A stretch of 34,370 nucleotides of DNA from a virus (lineage: Duplodnaviria; Caudoviricetes). The stretch lies in IMG/VR virus record IMGVR_UViG_3300032287_000440, positions 1 through 34,370 of that record, one strand, 5' to 3'. Shown here piece by piece: positions 9,653 through 19,516 of this stretch. Position 1 is the stretch's first letter. Each line of letters starts with the position of its first letter. The position numbers and the translations under genes were made by a program. The notes beneath the pieces are model-generated. The model worked only from the letters and a program-made list of their open reading frames with translations. It had not been told where the DNA came from and searched no databases.

Positions 9653-11956
9653 ATGGCTATAACTCTGCCTCCTTTAACTGATCCAGTCTTTGCAAATATG
9701 CCAACCGGGGCATATGCTGACGATTGGTATATCAAACACACTCCGTATGAAGATTTGTATTCTGGAGTTAAAACTATTGGAGGAAAACAACTTTCGCCTC
9801 TAATGGATGTGCGACAAATTCCTGGTGGTTTTATAACAGGAGATATATCTGTACAAGGCTTGTACAACAGGGGGCTTTATATGCCCTCAGCAGAAGAAAA
9901 GAATGCAATCAGACAGTATCGAATACAAGAAGATAATAGAAGGGCGCAACAAAATTCTGGTGGAATATTTGGTAATTCATTTTTGGGTGGTTTAGGAAAT
10001 AGCCTAGTTGGTTTGGTTGGTGATTTAGGCCCAATTGGTACTATCGCCACGGCAATCATTGCCCCTGAGTTTTTGCCTGTAATTGCTGGTGCTCAAACCG
10101 CAGCAAAAGGTGGTGACCTTGGCGATGTGTTGAAGTCTGCGGCAACGTCTTATGCTGTTGGTCAAATTGGGCAACAAGCCGGTGTTCTTGGGGATCAGGC
10201 GGCGGCATCTGCACAGTACGGAACTGACATAAATTCCATGCAGACAGCTATGCTTGCCGCACAAGAGGCTGGCACAGGCTCTTTGGTTGATGTTGCTGGA
10301 AACATTGCAGGGAAAGCCGCCTCTAGCGCAGTATCGTCTGCCGCTACGGGGGCAAAAACTGACCCGTTGGCGACTTTGGCGAACTTTGGCGCATCTGCCG
10401 CTGCCCCTGCAATCACTAGCCAAATTCCAGGTTTTGATACCCTTCCCCCGTTGGCACAAAGCGCAATTAACACCGTTGTCGCTAGTGAAATGACGGGGAA
10501 AGACCCGACCAATGCCTTGATTTCCCAGGCGTTGCAAGCCGGTAAAAACGCAGTCCAAAACTATTCTTTGTCTGACATTGCCAACATTGGGGCAAATCAA
10601 CTGAATGCGGTTGATCCCAATACCGGATTTGTACAAGACTTAATTCCTATTGCAGAGGCTTTCCCAACGCAAGTAACGCCTCCTGTGGTTGAGCCGGTAG
10701 CCCCGCCGGTTGTTACGCCTGTGCCCGATCAGACGCCTATCATCGGCACGCCTTTGTCTAGCATAGGTAATCAGCTAACAACGGAAAACCAAGGGCAACC
10801 GGAAAACATTGGCATTCTGGACTCGCAGACAACCCAGACACAAGCCCCAGAAACTCAGCCAATCCAGAATGACGTTGTTACTAACACCAATTTACAAGAT
10901 AATCAACCAACCGCATCGGGTCAAGGAAATGCTATGGACATCTTAGACTATATTGGTGGCGACACAACACCTGACAACATTGACATTGGTGGTGGTTTCA
11001 ATCCTGCCGGCAACATTTATGACCAATATACCCAAGCAGACATAAACGCTATGGGCGATGTTGGCATGAATGTTGGCGGTGGCGCTGACTTGAATGCAAT
11101 GGGCGATATTGGAATGGGAGCCCCGTCTGGTGGTGACATGACGGGTGGCGGCATTTCTGGTGGTGGCACAACGGGTGGCACAAGCCTTTCAAACATTCTT
11201 AAGAACGTATTGCCAACATCTACGCTTGGCAAGGCGGCTTTAGGTTCTGGTGTTAGCGGTGCTTTGCAAGGTTTGCTTGCTGCGAATGCGGCAAACAAAG
11301 GCGCACAACTGCAATCTGATGCCGCCAGAGCCGCATTGGCCCAACAACAAGCCATGTTCAACACGTTGAACTCGCAACAAGCCCCATATCGAGGCGCTGG
11401 TTATGGTGCTTTGAACCAGATTCAGGGAATGTTGCCGGGTCAATATGTCAAATATGACGCTCAAGGTAATCCTATTGGAATGGGAACCGGGACGGGTTAT
11501 CTGACCCAACAATTCACGCCTGAGATGTTCCAACAGGGTATTGACCCTGGCTATGCCTTTAGACTGCAACAAGGTCAAATGGCTAATCAACGCATGGGCA
11601 ACGTGTCTGGTGGCGGTTTGGGTGGCAACGTTATGCGCGGTTTGCAAGACTACACCCAAGGTCAGGCTAGTCAAGAATTTGGAAACGCATTTAACCGATT
11701 CCAAACGCAACGTTCCAACATCTACAACACGCTTGCAGGAATTGCAGGAATTGGGCAAGCAAGTCAACAACAGGCTAATGTTTTGGGTAGCAACTTGGCA
11801 AATGCTCAAGCCAATCTGGGCGTTGGTTCTGCGGCGGCACAGGCGGCGGGTCAGGTTGGTCAGGCTGGCGCATACGGTGGTGCTTTGAACAGTATCAACC
11901 AAGCAATAATGCTGTCCCAACTGCCTGATATTGCAGCGGCAATGAAAGGTCAATAA
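9653..11956 (+). CDS. DNA ejection (pilot) protein with P22 gp7-like C-terminal half
   Basis: G/A/Q-rich; QAPYR.AG..AL and DPGYAFRLQQG motifs; first of three ejection genes. Confidence 0.7.
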   Translation: MAITLPPLTDPVFANMPTGAYADDWYIKHTPYEDLYSGVKTIGGKQLSPLMDVRQIPGGFITGDISVQGLYNRGLYMPSAEEKNAIRQYRIQEDNRRAQQNSGGIFGNSFLGGLGNSLVGLVGDLGPIGTIATAIIAPEFLPVIAGAQTAAKGGDLGDVLKSAATSYAVGQIGQQAGVLGDQAAASAQYGTDINSMQTAMLAAQEAGTGSLVDVAGNIAGKAASSAVSSAATGAKTDPLATLANFGASAAAPAITSQIPGFDTLPPLAQSAINTVVASEMTGKDPTNALISQALQAGKNAVQNYSLSDIANIGANQLNAVDPNTGFVQDLIPIAEAFPTQVTPPVVEPVAPPVVTPVPDQTPIIGTPLSSIGNQLTTENQGQPENIGILDSQTTQTQAPETQPIQNDVVTNTNLQDNQPTASGQGNAMDILDYIGGDTTPDNIDIGGGFNPAGNIYDQYTQADINAMGDVGMNVGGGADLNAMGDIGMGAPSGGDMTGGGISGGGTTGGTSLSNILKNVLPTSTLGKAALGSGVSGALQGLLAANAANKGAQLQSDAARAALAQQQAMFNTLNSQQAPYRGAGYGALNQIQGMLPGQYVKYDAQGNPIGMGTGTGYLTQQFTPEMFQQGIDPGYAFRLQQGQMANQRMGNVSGGGLGGNVMRGLQDYTQGQASQEFGNAFNRFQTQRSNIYNTLAGIAGIGQASQQQANVLGSNLANAQANLGVGSAAAQAAGQVGQAGAYGGALNSINQAIMLSQLPDIAAAMKGQ

Positions 11957-13296
11957 TGGCAACGCTTCCATTCAATACGAACCTAACAGTTCAGCCCATG
12001 CAAACCCAAAGTCCCATGACGGGGCTTTCGGATATGCTTAACCTTGCCAAAGGGATTCAGAGTTATCAACAGGCGGCTGAACTTAATCCTTTGGCAGTAA
12101 AAAAAGCTCAAATGGAAGTTTCGCAGTTGGAAGCAACAAACCCTCTTGCCCTGCAAACAGCAAGAGCACAAGCTGAACAGGCGCGTTTCCAATTGGACGC
12201 AAATCAAAACGCAATGCTTTATCAACTGATTGGCGCTTATGCCAACGATCCTGACATCAATAGCGGGAATCGAGCAAAGGTTGGTGAAAAGCTATTGGAA
12301 ATCAAGAACGAAGCCGCAAGCCTTTTTGCTGACGTTCCAGATGCAGAACGCAAGGTTAATAGCGTATTTGATCGACTGATTAACAAAAGCGTGTCAACGC
12401 CTGACGCAATTCCTCAAGCATTTAAGAATGCCATTCAGTTTGGGGTTGGCGCTAGTGGTCAACAAGCCTTGCAAACTCCTCAACTCACAACCTCTGGCGG
12501 TCAACCTGCGTTGTTCCGTCCTGGAGCTGGCGCTGTCGAGCCTGTGCAAGTTGCTCCTCAAGCCGCGCCTCAAGGCGCACCTGCCGCCCCCGCACAAGCA
12601 GCGGCTCCTGCTGGATTGCCTTACAAGGTTCGCCAACCTGGTGATGTTACGCCCTTGTCTGTGGGCGAGGAATCTGACCGCGCTAAGAACCAAGCATATC
12701 GCCAAAGCCTGACAACCCGTCAAACTGACTTGTCAACGGCAAAACGAAATCTTGATGAGGTTATCAAAGAGGCAACCAAACTTGATCCAGAGAGTTTCTG
12801 GTCAAAAGGTTTGGCGGGTGATGTTCTGCGGAAGATCAAAGATCGCATGGGCGACACGACCTACAAACAACTGAGCAAGGATTTGGCTAACGTACAGATT
12901 GCCAACATTCAGTCTGTTGGTGGTTCTATGGATACCGTGGCGGGTCAGCAACTTGCTAAGATTGCCAACGGGGACGAAACGTATCCTCCATCTGTGCTGA
13001 TTAACATTGCACGCAGAACGTATGCTGACCTGACCAACCTTGAAATGCAAGCCAAGGGCGCGTCAGCTTTTGCTCAGAAGTTTGGTGACGCTAACCTTAA
13101 TTACTACAAACAAAAATGGTCTGAGAACGCAGATTCCAAGGTGTTTGAAGCAATCAGCATCTACAACAGCGTCAAAGACCCAGCAGAACGCAAAAAAGCA
13201 ATTGATGCGTTGATGGGCGACAATCCCAAGCAAAGAAACGAATTCGCTGACAAGTTCAAAAATATCCAGAAGTTGTCTCAAACCGGAGAGTTGTGA
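11956..13296 (+). CDS. DNA ejection protein (gp20 position)
   Basis: Helical, Q/A-rich; lies between gp7-like and gp16-like genes. Confidence 0.55.
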   Translation: MATLPFNTNLTVQPMQTQSPMTGLSDMLNLAKGIQSYQQAAELNPLAVKKAQMEVSQLEATNPLALQTARAQAEQARFQLDANQNAMLYQLIGAYANDPDINSGNRAKVGEKLLEIKNEAASLFADVPDAERKVNSVFDRLINKSVSTPDAIPQAFKNAIQFGVGASGQQALQTPQLTTSGGQPALFRPGAGAVEPVQVAPQAAPQGAPAAPAQAAAPAGLPYKVRQPGDVTPLSVGEESDRAKNQAYRQSLTTRQTDLSTAKRNLDEVIKEATKLDPESFWSKGLAGDVLRKIKDRMGDTTYKQLSKDLANVQIANIQSVGGSMDTVAGQQLAKIANGDETYPPSVLINIARRTYADLTNLEMQAKGASAFAQKFGDANLNYYKQKWSENADSKVFEAISIYNSVKDPAERKKAIDALMGDNPKQRNEFADKFKNIQKLSQTGEL

Positions 13297-15725
13297 TGGA
13301 CGAACTAGAGCAACTGATTCGTGGTTCTCAATCATCTTTTAAGCCATCTGCTCAACCGGCTTCTCAAAAAGACTACAGCAATTTGGTTACCGATCAGTTG
13401 CTTGATCGTCTAAAGAAGGTGGAAAGCGGCACAGACCCTTATGCTGTCAACAAACAGACCAAGGCGCTAGGCCCATATCAATTCATGCCTGAAACGGTTG
13501 CCGATCTGCACCGCAAGGGCTACAAATTCAACGCTTTTGACGAGAAAGAATCTCGGGAAGCGGCGAGAAAGTATCTAACCGAACTGGTCAACAAAAGCGG
13601 CGGTGACTTAGATAAGGCGCTTGCCGGTTATGGCGGGTTTGTTACCAAAGACCCGTCTGGATACATTGCCAAGGTCAAAGGGACTGAACCTGGACAACAA
13701 CCAAAGTCAGAACCGGTTGTTGATGACCTTGAACAATTGATTCGCGGTACGGCAAAAGCGCCTGAAACGCAACCTGCCGCCAAACCAGAAGCCAAACCAC
13801 AGGTTAAACAAGGCGTCAAACCAGAAGATTTGAGCAAGCCTTATGTTGGTTATCCAACTGGAAAAACTCCAGCAGTTGAACGCGCACCAGAGCAACCATC
13901 TTCATTTGGGCAGCTTGGTCAAATTGGCCCTGGCCTAGCAAGTTTGGCAGATGTGACCATTGGAGGAATCATTCCTAGCGTGGCTGGCCCTCTTGCTTAT
14001 GCTGGCGCTCGCGCTATGCAGAAAAGCCCAGAAGAAGCAGCCGCCCTGCAACAAAAGGTTGTTGGAGCAACTGAAAGCCCGTTTGGAAAGGCTTTTGGGG
14101 TAACAGAATCGCCTGGTTATAAAGGTGAGGCTTCCCGTCAGATCATGGATTTTATTGGTCAAAACATCAGCAAAGGTGCTGAATGGATTGCCCAAAAAAC
14201 CGGTTTGCCTGTTGGTGACGTTGAAAACATGATGGGAACGGCAATGGTTGGGGCTACTCCTACCGTTGCTAAAGCCATTCCAAAGGCGGCTGGCGCTGTT
14301 CAATCTGTTCGTGATGTTCGTGCCCAAATGCAAGATCAATTGGCACAACGTCAGGCTATTCAAGGTAATGTTCCTGAACCGGCTCGGCAAATGTCTCCGC
14401 AAGATATTGCCGCCATGCAAGCGCAATTTGAGGCTAAACGTGCGGCTCCTGCGGCGCAACCTGCCCAGGCTGACTTGGTTGGTGTTGGGGCGGCATCTGT
14501 TACGCCTGAAAAACTGCGTGTTCAGCGTGCCAAAGAATTGCCTGTACCAATTGAGTTGTCCAAAGATCAGGCAACCCGTGACCCGGCTGACGTTCGTTTT
14601 GCAAGAGAAACGGCAAAAGACCCTGTTTTGGGTCAAGCCTTGCAAACCAAGTATGCAGACGATAACCTAAAGATTCAAAAAAACCTAGATCACTTTGTTG
14701 AGAATTCTGGGGCTGAATTTACGGGAGCCGCACCTGGTGAAATCGGTCAGATGTTGGTCAACTCAATTGGCCCGTATCAGCAAACCAGAAAAACGGCAAT
14801 CACCACCGCATACGATGCCGCACGCGCCGCTGGCGAGATGGACGTTCCGGTTCAGATTAACCGCTTGTCTGACTTTGTTGAGAAAAACCAATCTGCTGCC
14901 AAGAACGCTCCTGTTATTTCTGCGGTTGGTAGCGAGATCAAGCGCCTTTCAAAAGACGGTCAAATTTCCATCAATGATCTTGAGGAAATCCGTAAGATGA
15001 CAAATGTGTTGGCGCAAGATAGTGGGCCAAACTCTCACTACGGACGCCAAGCAATCCGCATCATTGACAAGATGACCGAGGGCAAAGGTGGCAAAGCCTA
15101 CCAAGATGCACGCCGTCTTAACGCCGAATATATGCGGGAGTTTGAGGACACGCCTGTTGTCAAAAACATTCTGTCTATGAAGAAAGGTTCTACCCAGCGC
15201 GCCGTGGCAATTGAGGATTTGATTGAAAAGTCAATGCTTAAAGGCCCGCGCTCGGATGTGATGCAACTGTTTAGTACGTTAGAGAAAGCTGGCCCTGAAG
15301 GTCAGCAGATGATTAACGAACTGCGCGGATATGTTGCACAACGCATTAAAGACGAGGCTACCAAGGGTGTAGGACGAGACATCAATGGTTTGCCGTATGT
15401 GTCTACGCATGGTCTAAACAAGATGATTGTTGATCTTGATCGTAGTGGCAAACTTGAGTTGTTGTTTGGCAAACAAGGTGCAGAGCAATACCGAACGCTA
15501 AATGATGTAACCAAAGACCTCCAGACCGTTCCTGTTGGCACAACCAACCCGTCTGGAACTGCCTCAACTTTGTTGGCGGCAATGGCTGAAATGGGCGCAC
15601 AAACGGCTATGACGGGAGTTCCGTTGCCGGTGGCTATGATTGGCAAGCAAATCTACGGAAAAGTGCAAACCAACAAAAAGCTGAACAAGATTCGTGATTT
15701 CGTTGAATACAGCAAGGAAAAATAA
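13293..15725 (+). CDS. Large ejection protein with N-terminal lytic transglycosylase domain
   Basis: SLT motifs VES, ALGPYQFMPET, AARKYL and ALAGYGG; C-terminal NPSGTA motif. Confidence 0.8.
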   Translation: MMDELEQLIRGSQSSFKPSAQPASQKDYSNLVTDQLLDRLKKVESGTDPYAVNKQTKALGPYQFMPETVADLHRKGYKFNAFDEKESREAARKYLTELVNKSGGDLDKALAGYGGFVTKDPSGYIAKVKGTEPGQQPKSEPVVDDLEQLIRGTAKAPETQPAAKPEAKPQVKQGVKPEDLSKPYVGYPTGKTPAVERAPEQPSSFGQLGQIGPGLASLADVTIGGIIPSVAGPLAYAGARAMQKSPEEAAALQQKVVGATESPFGKAFGVTESPGYKGEASRQIMDFIGQNISKGAEWIAQKTGLPVGDVENMMGTAMVGATPTVAKAIPKAAGAVQSVRDVRAQMQDQLAQRQAIQGNVPEPARQMSPQDIAAMQAQFEAKRAAPAAQPAQADLVGVGAASVTPEKLRVQRAKELPVPIELSKDQATRDPADVRFARETAKDPVLGQALQTKYADDNLKIQKNLDHFVENSGAEFTGAAPGEIGQMLVNSIGPYQQTRKTAITTAYDAARAAGEMDVPVQINRLSDFVEKNQSAAKNAPVISAVGSEIKRLSKDGQISINDLEEIRKMTNVLAQDSGPNSHYGRQAIRIIDKMTEGKGGKAYQDARRLNAEYMREFEDTPVVKNILSMKKGSTQRAVAIEDLIEKSMLKGPRSDVMQLFSTLEKAGPEGQQMINELRGYVAQRIKDEATKGVGRDINGLPYVSTHGLNKMIVDLDRSGKLELLFGKQGAEQYRTLNDVTKDLQTVPVGTTNPSGTASTLLAAMAEMGAQTAMTGVPLPVAMIGKQIYGKVQTNKKLNKIRDFVEYSKEK

Positions 15726-16267
15726 TGGCATATCTACTTTCCCCAATTGGTAACGGATTTCAATTCTTCACCACTACTGGATTGCCATTAAATGGCGGGT
15801 TGTTGTACACATACCAGGCGGGTTCATCTACCCCAATTGCAACCTACACAAACTCAACGGGTACGTCCAACAACACCAACCCAATTGTGTTGGGGACTGA
15901 TGGCAGACCTCCCCAAGAGATTTGGCTATTGTCTGGGTATACCTATAAGTTTGTTTTGCAAGACTCGACCTACCAAACGATTGCGACCTACGACAACATC
16001 TATCCAATCCCGTCCAGTACGGCGTCTGGTACGTCTGTCCCTGCTGGCGCAATCATTATGTGGTCAGGTTCTATCGGCTCAATCCCAACTGGGTATGTGA
16101 TCTGTAACGGCAGCAACGGCACGCCTGATTTGCGTGATCGGTTTGTTGTTGGGGCTGGTAATACTTATGCCGTTGGCAACACGGGTGGCTTTACGTCTGC
16201 CGTTGCCGGTTCTGGTGGTACAAACCTGCCTTTGTACTATTCCCTGGCATACATAATGAAAACTTGA
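15725..16267 (+). CDS. Tail collar domain protein
   Basis: P.GAIIMWSG..IPTGYVICNGSNGTPDLRDRFVVGAG collar motif. Confidence 0.8.
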   Translation: MAYLLSPIGNGFQFFTTTGLPLNGGLLYTYQAGSSTPIATYTNSTGTSNNTNPIVLGTDGRPPQEIWLLSGYTYKFVLQDSTYQTIATYDNIYPIPSSTASGTSVPAGAIIMWSGSIGSIPTGYVICNGSNGTPDLRDRFVVGAGNTYAVGNTGGFTSAVAGSGGTNLPLYYSLAYIMKT

Positions 16268-16494
16268 AAATGGAATCGCAATTCATTTTTAACATCATTG
16301 TTGGGATTGCGGCTTTCTTTGGTGGGTGGATGCTAAACAGCATCACCAAGGCCATTGAACGACTAGATTCTGATGTGCGATCCATGCCTCACACTTATGT
16401 GTCAAAGGATGATTACAGACGCGACATTGATGAGTTGAAAGACATCTGTAAGCAAATCTTTGCCAAACTAGATAACAAGGCAGACAAAAATTGA
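16264..16494 (+). CDS. Small membrane protein (holin-like/lysis accessory)
   Basis: N-terminal TM segment then coiled coil; start may be ATG 16270. Confidence 0.6.
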   Translation: MKMESQFIFNIIVGIAAFFGGWMLNSITKAIERLDSDVRSMPHTYVSKDDYRRDIDELKDICKQIFAKLDNKADKN

Positions 16495-17038
16495 TCCGGT
16501 TACCATTGGTCTAGCGTTCGCCGGGGCTAAGGCTGCGGTAGCAACAATTAAAGAGGTTATTAAGTTAGGCAAAGACACTAACGAAATAGCCCAGAGCATT
16601 GCTGGTTACTTTGACCAAAAGGCAGTTATTGAGAAAGCCGAGGCGGTCAAGGAGCGAGAGAAACGGGAAACATTGTGGGACAAGGCCAATGGGGTCAAGC
16701 CCAAAAAGACAGATGCTGAACTGACATCCGAGGCGTTAGAGATAGTCCAAAAAAGACGAGAGTTGGAACAGCACGAGTACGAACTTTATGAAATGCTGGT
16801 TTGGTCGGGCCAGGGCAAACTCTGGGATGAAATGGTTAAAACCAGAGAGGAAATGAGGCGGCAGATTGCCAAAGAAGAAGCCGAGGCTGTCAAACAAAAG
16901 ATCATTGACGCCGCCAAATCCGCTGATCGCAAGGCAATGATCCAAGACATTCAGCTATCTGTGGCAGTTTTAGCGGCATTTGGATTGGGGATGTACTGGC
17001 TAGTGCAATGGGGAATCTCAAAGGGAATGTGGAAATGA
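16490..17038 (+). CDS. Membrane-anchored coiled-coil protein; probable ATT start
   Basis: Frame open from ATT-GAT-CCG (IDPVTIGLAFAGAKAAV) to 17038; C-terminal TM. Confidence 0.65.
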   Translation: MDPVTIGLAFAGAKAAVATIKEVIKLGKDTNEIAQSIAGYFDQKAVIEKAEAVKEREKRETLWDKANGVKPKKTDAELTSEALEIVQKRRELEQHEYELYEMLVWSGQGKLWDEMVKTREEMRRQIAKEEAEAVKQKIIDAAKSADRKAMIQDIQLSVAVLAAFGLGMYWLVQWGISKGMWK

Positions 17039-17652
17039 GCGAACAGCAAGACAAAGCATTAGGCGTGTTGGACAGGGTTCTGGCCTATGTTGACAGCCCA
17101 TTCAAGCTGATTGCTTTGCTTGTCATGTTCCTGTTTGGTTTCTGCGCCTGGTTTGTTTACACCAATCAAGAACTGTTAGTGGGCGCTTACAAAGAAAGCC
17201 AGAAGCTACCAAGTATCAATGAGGCTCGGGCTGACGATGTGGCGGCGGTAATGTTTAAGTATGGTGGCGCTCAGACTGTTGCCATCTTCAAAGTTAATCC
17301 ATTGTTTGGAACCCGTATCCTGTATCGGGCTTATACAAAAGAAGGTCGAGACAAAAGATTGGAGGGAATCGATGTTGGACTCTTTACCCAAAACCCCAAC
17401 AATAACGCAGACGTTGTACGCCTTATGGCAGGAGAAACGCCATGCGGTGATTACCACAAGCCACAAAGCGAAATCGGCCTGTGGTATGTCGAAGTTGGTG
17501 TCACCCACGGCTGTCGAATCTCTGTACCACCGGACGCAACACGTTTCATCGGTCAAATTACCGTTGGGTTCAAAGATAAACCTGAAAGCATAGAAGATGT
17601 GCAATCATTGCTTTCAATTGCCTCATCAATGTTAACCAAAAAGAGTTACTAA
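17035..17652 (+). CDS. Single-TM protein with soluble C-terminal domain (possibly T4 holin T-like)
   Basis: ATGA coupling; one TM near the N-terminus; two Cys in C-terminal domain. Confidence 0.5.
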   Translation: MSEQQDKALGVLDRVLAYVDSPFKLIALLVMFLFGFCAWFVYTNQELLVGAYKESQKLPSINEARADDVAAVMFKYGGAQTVAIFKVNPLFGTRILYRAYTKEGRDKRLEGIDVGLFTQNPNNNADVVRLMAGETPCGDYHKPQSEIGLWYVEVGVTHGCRISVPPDATRFIGQITVGFKDKPESIEDVQSLLSIASSMLTKKSY

Positions 17653-18087
17653 ATGGGAATATTAGACTCACTTGCAACCGGCCCTGTCGGTGCGCTTTTG
17701 TCAGTTGGTAGCAAGATTCTGGACAAGGTTCTACCTGACCCTGCCGCCGCTGAAGCCGCCAAGCTAGAACTTGCCAAACTTGCCCAGGCTGGCGAGTTGG
17801 AGAAGATGGCTAACGAAACCAAGCTGTTTGAGACTGAGCAAAACAACCTCACAGAGCGCCTCAAGGCCGACATGGGTAGTGACTCATGGCTGTCCAAGAA
17901 TATCCGCCCCATGACCCTTATAGCCATCTTGGCGGGGTATTTCACGTTCGCCATGATGTCAGCCTTTGGGATGGACACCAACGAATCCTATGTCCAACTT
18001 CTGGGACAATGGGGAATGCTCATCATGTCGTTTTACTTTGGTGGGCGCACGCTTGAGAAAATCATTGATATGAAGGGCAAAAAGTGA
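17653..18087 (+). CDS. Holin (3TM / GTA-holin-like)
   Basis: SDSWLSKNIRP..L and YFGGRT.EK motifs; directly upstream of endolysin. Confidence 0.75.
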   Translation: MGILDSLATGPVGALLSVGSKILDKVLPDPAAAEAAKLELAKLAQAGELEKMANETKLFETEQNNLTERLKADMGSDSWLSKNIRPMTLIAILAGYFTFAMMSAFGMDTNESYVQLLGQWGMLIMSFYFGGRTLEKIIDMKGKK

Positions 18088-18515
18088 ACCTTTCACCTCA
18101 TTTCACCCTAGAAGAACTGACGCACACGGATCACCGTGAGTTTGACAACACCCCTAATGATTCAGAGAAAAATAACCTTAAACGGCTGGCAGAGTTTCTT
18201 GAGCAAGTCAAGGATGTACTTGGAGGGAAGCCCATCATGGTCAACTCAGCATTTCGTTGCAAACAAGTCAATGATGCTGTGGGGAGCAAAGATACTTCTC
18301 AGCATCGGCTCGGCTGTGCTGCTGACATTCGGGTTCCCGGCATGACGCCAGATGAGGTGGTCAAGGCTGTGATTGCCTCTGGGATTGGCTACGACCAAAT
18401 CATCCGTGAATTTGACCGTTGGACGCACATTTCCGTTCCCAACACAATTACCGACACGCCGCGCCGACAAGCCCTTATCATTGACAAAACCGGAACCCGT
18501 ATTTACAAGGAGTAA
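18084..18515 (+). CDS. Endolysin, peptidase M15A family
   Basis: LSPHFTLEEL; NSAFRC..VN.AVG; SQH..G.AAD; W.HIS Zn ligands. Confidence 0.9.
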   Translation: MNLSPHFTLEELTHTDHREFDNTPNDSEKNNLKRLAEFLEQVKDVLGGKPIMVNSAFRCKQVNDAVGSKDTSQHRLGCAADIRVPGMTPDEVVKAVIASGIGYDQIIREFDRWTHISVPNTITDTPRRQALIIDKTGTRIYKE

Positions 18516-18517
18516 TC

Positions 18518-18727
18518 ATGGCAACCAAAATGATCCTGACCCGCGAAAAGCCCCGTCACTCGGAGGCCAAAGAATATGTCATTGAAAAAGAGCATATTAA
18601 AGAGGCCCGCAAGATTGCTGCTCTAGAAAAAGAACTCAAAGCGCACGAGAAAATGCCCATGGATCGTGCTCACCCGCAGGGAGGCTCACAAAAGGACGCC
18701 CCTTTGCCTTCGATGCGTAAGTACTGA
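18518..18727 (+). CDS. Small basic hypothetical protein
   Basis: SD AAGGAG; last gene of late operon. Confidence 0.55.
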   Translation: MATKMILTREKPRHSEAKEYVIEKEHIKEARKIAALEKELKAHEKMPMDRAHPQGGSQKDAPLPSMRKY

Positions 18728-19041
18728 TTCGTAAACGGAATCTCCTCGGGCCATAAACCCGCAGTTGCCAAACTCTGGAGAGTTTTCAGGTGGGCCTGTT
18801 CCCACCTGTTTTTTCGCTCCTCTTTGGACAACTCTTTTCCTTGGTCGATCTCGTAGTGACACCAGAAGCAAAGCGCGGCTATTTCGTTGTCGCTTGCCTT
18901 TATTCCCCGGCCTTTCCCGCCGCCCCAATTGCTGTGAGCCGCCTGGACTTGCTGGCCTGACCCGCACCATTGACAGTCTAGACTAGCCACCAGCTTTAGG
19001 AGTTTCTTGCTCCTGACGTATAGCGTTTTAGGGAATTTCAT
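18670..19041 (-). CDS. HNH-like Zn-finger nuclease (DUF1364/DUF968-like)
   Basis: CxxC..AAH..G.G.K.SD..ALCxxCH..ID; likely start ATG 19041. Confidence 0.7.
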   Translation of the reverse strand: MKFPKTLYVRSKKLLKLVASLDCQWCGSGQQVQAAHSNWGGGKGRGIKASDNEIAALCFWCHYEIDQGKELSKEERKNRWEQAHLKTLQSLATAGLWPEEIPFTNQYLRIEGKGASFCEPPCG

Positions 19042-19367
19042 TCGTGAGACTTTATCTGCAATCTTGCGCTTGCCTGACGGGTTCGCCAAATCTCAATGTC
19101 TAGCCGGTGGCTTTCTAATTCCCATTTGAGCGTTTCCTCGACCTCCACCGCCCCTTGAAGGTCTGCCAACAGGCTTTGGTATTCAGGATCGGCTAGTGCC
19201 TCACGCTCCTGAGCGTTTGCCGCCTCTATCCCTTTGGTAAGCGCATCCTTCATCAGAATGGCTTTCTGTACCCTTCTGTACTCCTCCAGATACGTCCTGC
19301 GCCCTTTTGCCTGACCAAATCGAGGCGCTTTTTCTCGGATGGATTCTGCGGCTTTTTCGGGGCTCAT
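19038..19367 (-). CDS. Helical recombination-region protein (possibly UvsY-like)
   Basis: AQEREALADPEY motif; ATGA coupling. Confidence 0.5.
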   Translation of the reverse strand: MSPEKAAESIREKAPRFGQAKGRRTYLEEYRRVQKAILMKDALTKGIEAANAQEREALADPEYQSLLADLQGAVEVEETLKWELESHRLDIEIWRTRQASARLQIKSHE

Positions 19368-19507
19368 TCGTCATCCTCCTCATCATCTTCACATCTTTCG
19401 CAACCGGGATGGTCTGGATCACGGCAATCATGGGCAGACATCAGCCGATAGTGGCGTTTCTTCTCCCACCAAACCAATGCTTGCAATTCTTCTCTTTCGA
19501 CATCCAT
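19364..19507 (-). CDS. 47-aa Cys/His protein (not in ORF track)
   Basis: MDVEREELQ...CRDPDHPGCERCEDDEEDDE; SD TAAGGAG. Confidence 0.65.
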   Translation of the reverse strand: MDVEREELQALVWWEKKRHYRLMSAHDCRDPDHPGCERCEDDEEDDE

Positions 19508-19516
19508 AAATGCTCC

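Noticed and set aside
18670-18727. 58-bp convergent overlap at the junction of the late and early operons
   Set aside because: Common genome compression; no further structure evident
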